Shown here in pieces: positions 23,441 to 24,000 of a stretch of DNA of 24,000 nt (position 1 is its first letter; every line of letters begins with the position of its first letter). The translations under genes and the position numbers were made by a program. The stretch is taken from the NCBI RefSeq assembly GCF_036421915.1, contig NZ_JAZGOM010000007.1; one strand, written 5' to 3'. The DNA is from Georgenia wangjunii (GTDB lineage: Bacteria; Actinomycetota; Actinomycetes; Actinomycetales; Actinomycetaceae). Under the pieces are notes generated by a model. That model was not told the DNA's origin, made no database searches, and worked only from the letters and a program-made list of their open reading frames with translations.

Positions 23441-23883
23441 GGTCGGGGCGGAAGGAGCCGGTGTTGATGGCGTGCGACGTCGCCGGCCGGTGGGGGCGCA
23501 CCTTGCTCGTTCGATGCAGGAGGGCGGTGTGCATAGTGGCCGCGGGGACGGGGGCGTGGGATGTGTCCGGATCGGGGCCGGCGCGGTGCGGGCGGCGGTG
23601 GCCAGTCTGGGTCAGGACGTCGCCCGCATAGGACCTGGGACTGCGCGCCACCGGCGGGATGTACGACGTACCTACCGACCGAAGGTTGGGCCATGGAGAG
23701 CACGGAAGAGAGGCGAGGTGCGCCTTCTCTAGCGCGTCGAGGCTTCCTATGCACGGAGAGGCGCAGCCGCAGGCCCCGAGTCGTGGCTGCGCGGACCTCC
23801 CTAGGTCGATCAGCCAAGTGAAGATCGCTCGTCCGTTGAGATCGCTGCGGAGGTCCCCGCGTGTCCGTGGAAGGATGCTTCGC

Positions 23884-24000
23884 ATGGCTCGACAGATCGG
23901 ACACGCAGTCGTCGGCTGGGGTTACGAGGGCAAGTCGACGGCAGACCTGCTGGAGTTCGCTACCCGGCACGGCGCTTCGACGGTCGTCGACATCCGGCTG
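23884..24000 (+). CDS. DUF488-family protein, N-terminal 39 codons (continues beyond the window)
   Basis: The translation MARQIGHAVVGWGYEGKSTADLLEFATRHGASTVVDIRL matches the DUF488 N-terminal pattern (..GYEG.t.deF...L...gv..lvDvR). The frame is open to the window edge. Confidence 0.72.
   Translation, partial: MARQIGHAVVGWGYEGKSTADLLEFATRHGASTVVDIRL

Noticed and set aside
23412-23970. Minus ORFs 23412..23885 and 23437..23970, and plus ORFs 23439..23732 and 23561..23821
   Set aside because: They are Pro/Arg/His-rich and mutually overlapping, with no start context. The 23437..23970 ORF runs antisense to the recognisable DUF488 N-terminus. The region is treated as non-coding.

Overview
High-GC (about 70%) actinobacterial chromosome, Micrococcales-like by composition and gene content. 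It has three blocks. (1) 1-11175 is a xylose and xylo-oligosaccharide utilisation locus. It holds the xylA 3' end, xylB, a Bcr/CflA-type MFS gene whose start overlaps the xylB stop, a signal-less GH10 xylanase, and a LacI regulator. The regulator is divergent from an SBP-permease-permease-GH3 operon laid out like Streptomyces bxlEFGA, and a perfect 14-bp palindromic operator abuts a TTGACA box. (2) 11287-18905 is a tightly coupled 8-gene operon. Its products correspond one-to-one to the E. coli yhfZ, yhfY, yhfU, yhfT, php(yhfV), yhfS, yhfX and yhfW proteins: an HTH regulator, a stand-alone PRD protein, DUF2620, a membrane transporter, a phosphotriesterase-homology hydrolase, two PLP enzymes and a phosphopentomutase-like mutase. 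To my knowledge this module has no established substrate or physiological role in any organism, so it is the best candidate for an undescribed system here. (3) 19033-24000 starts with a translationally coupled lipoprotein/OmpA-like pair. Next comes a tyrosine integrase preceded by three helically phased 11-bp repeats and a tRNA-3'-end-like fragment. After that is a sharply lower-GC two-gene membrane-protein cargo, a probable truncated gene remnant, about 440 bp of structured non-coding DNA, and the 5' end of a DUF488 gene. No rRNA gene, intact tRNA gene or CRISPR array was seen. Many long alternative-frame ORFs in the track are high-GC artefacts.
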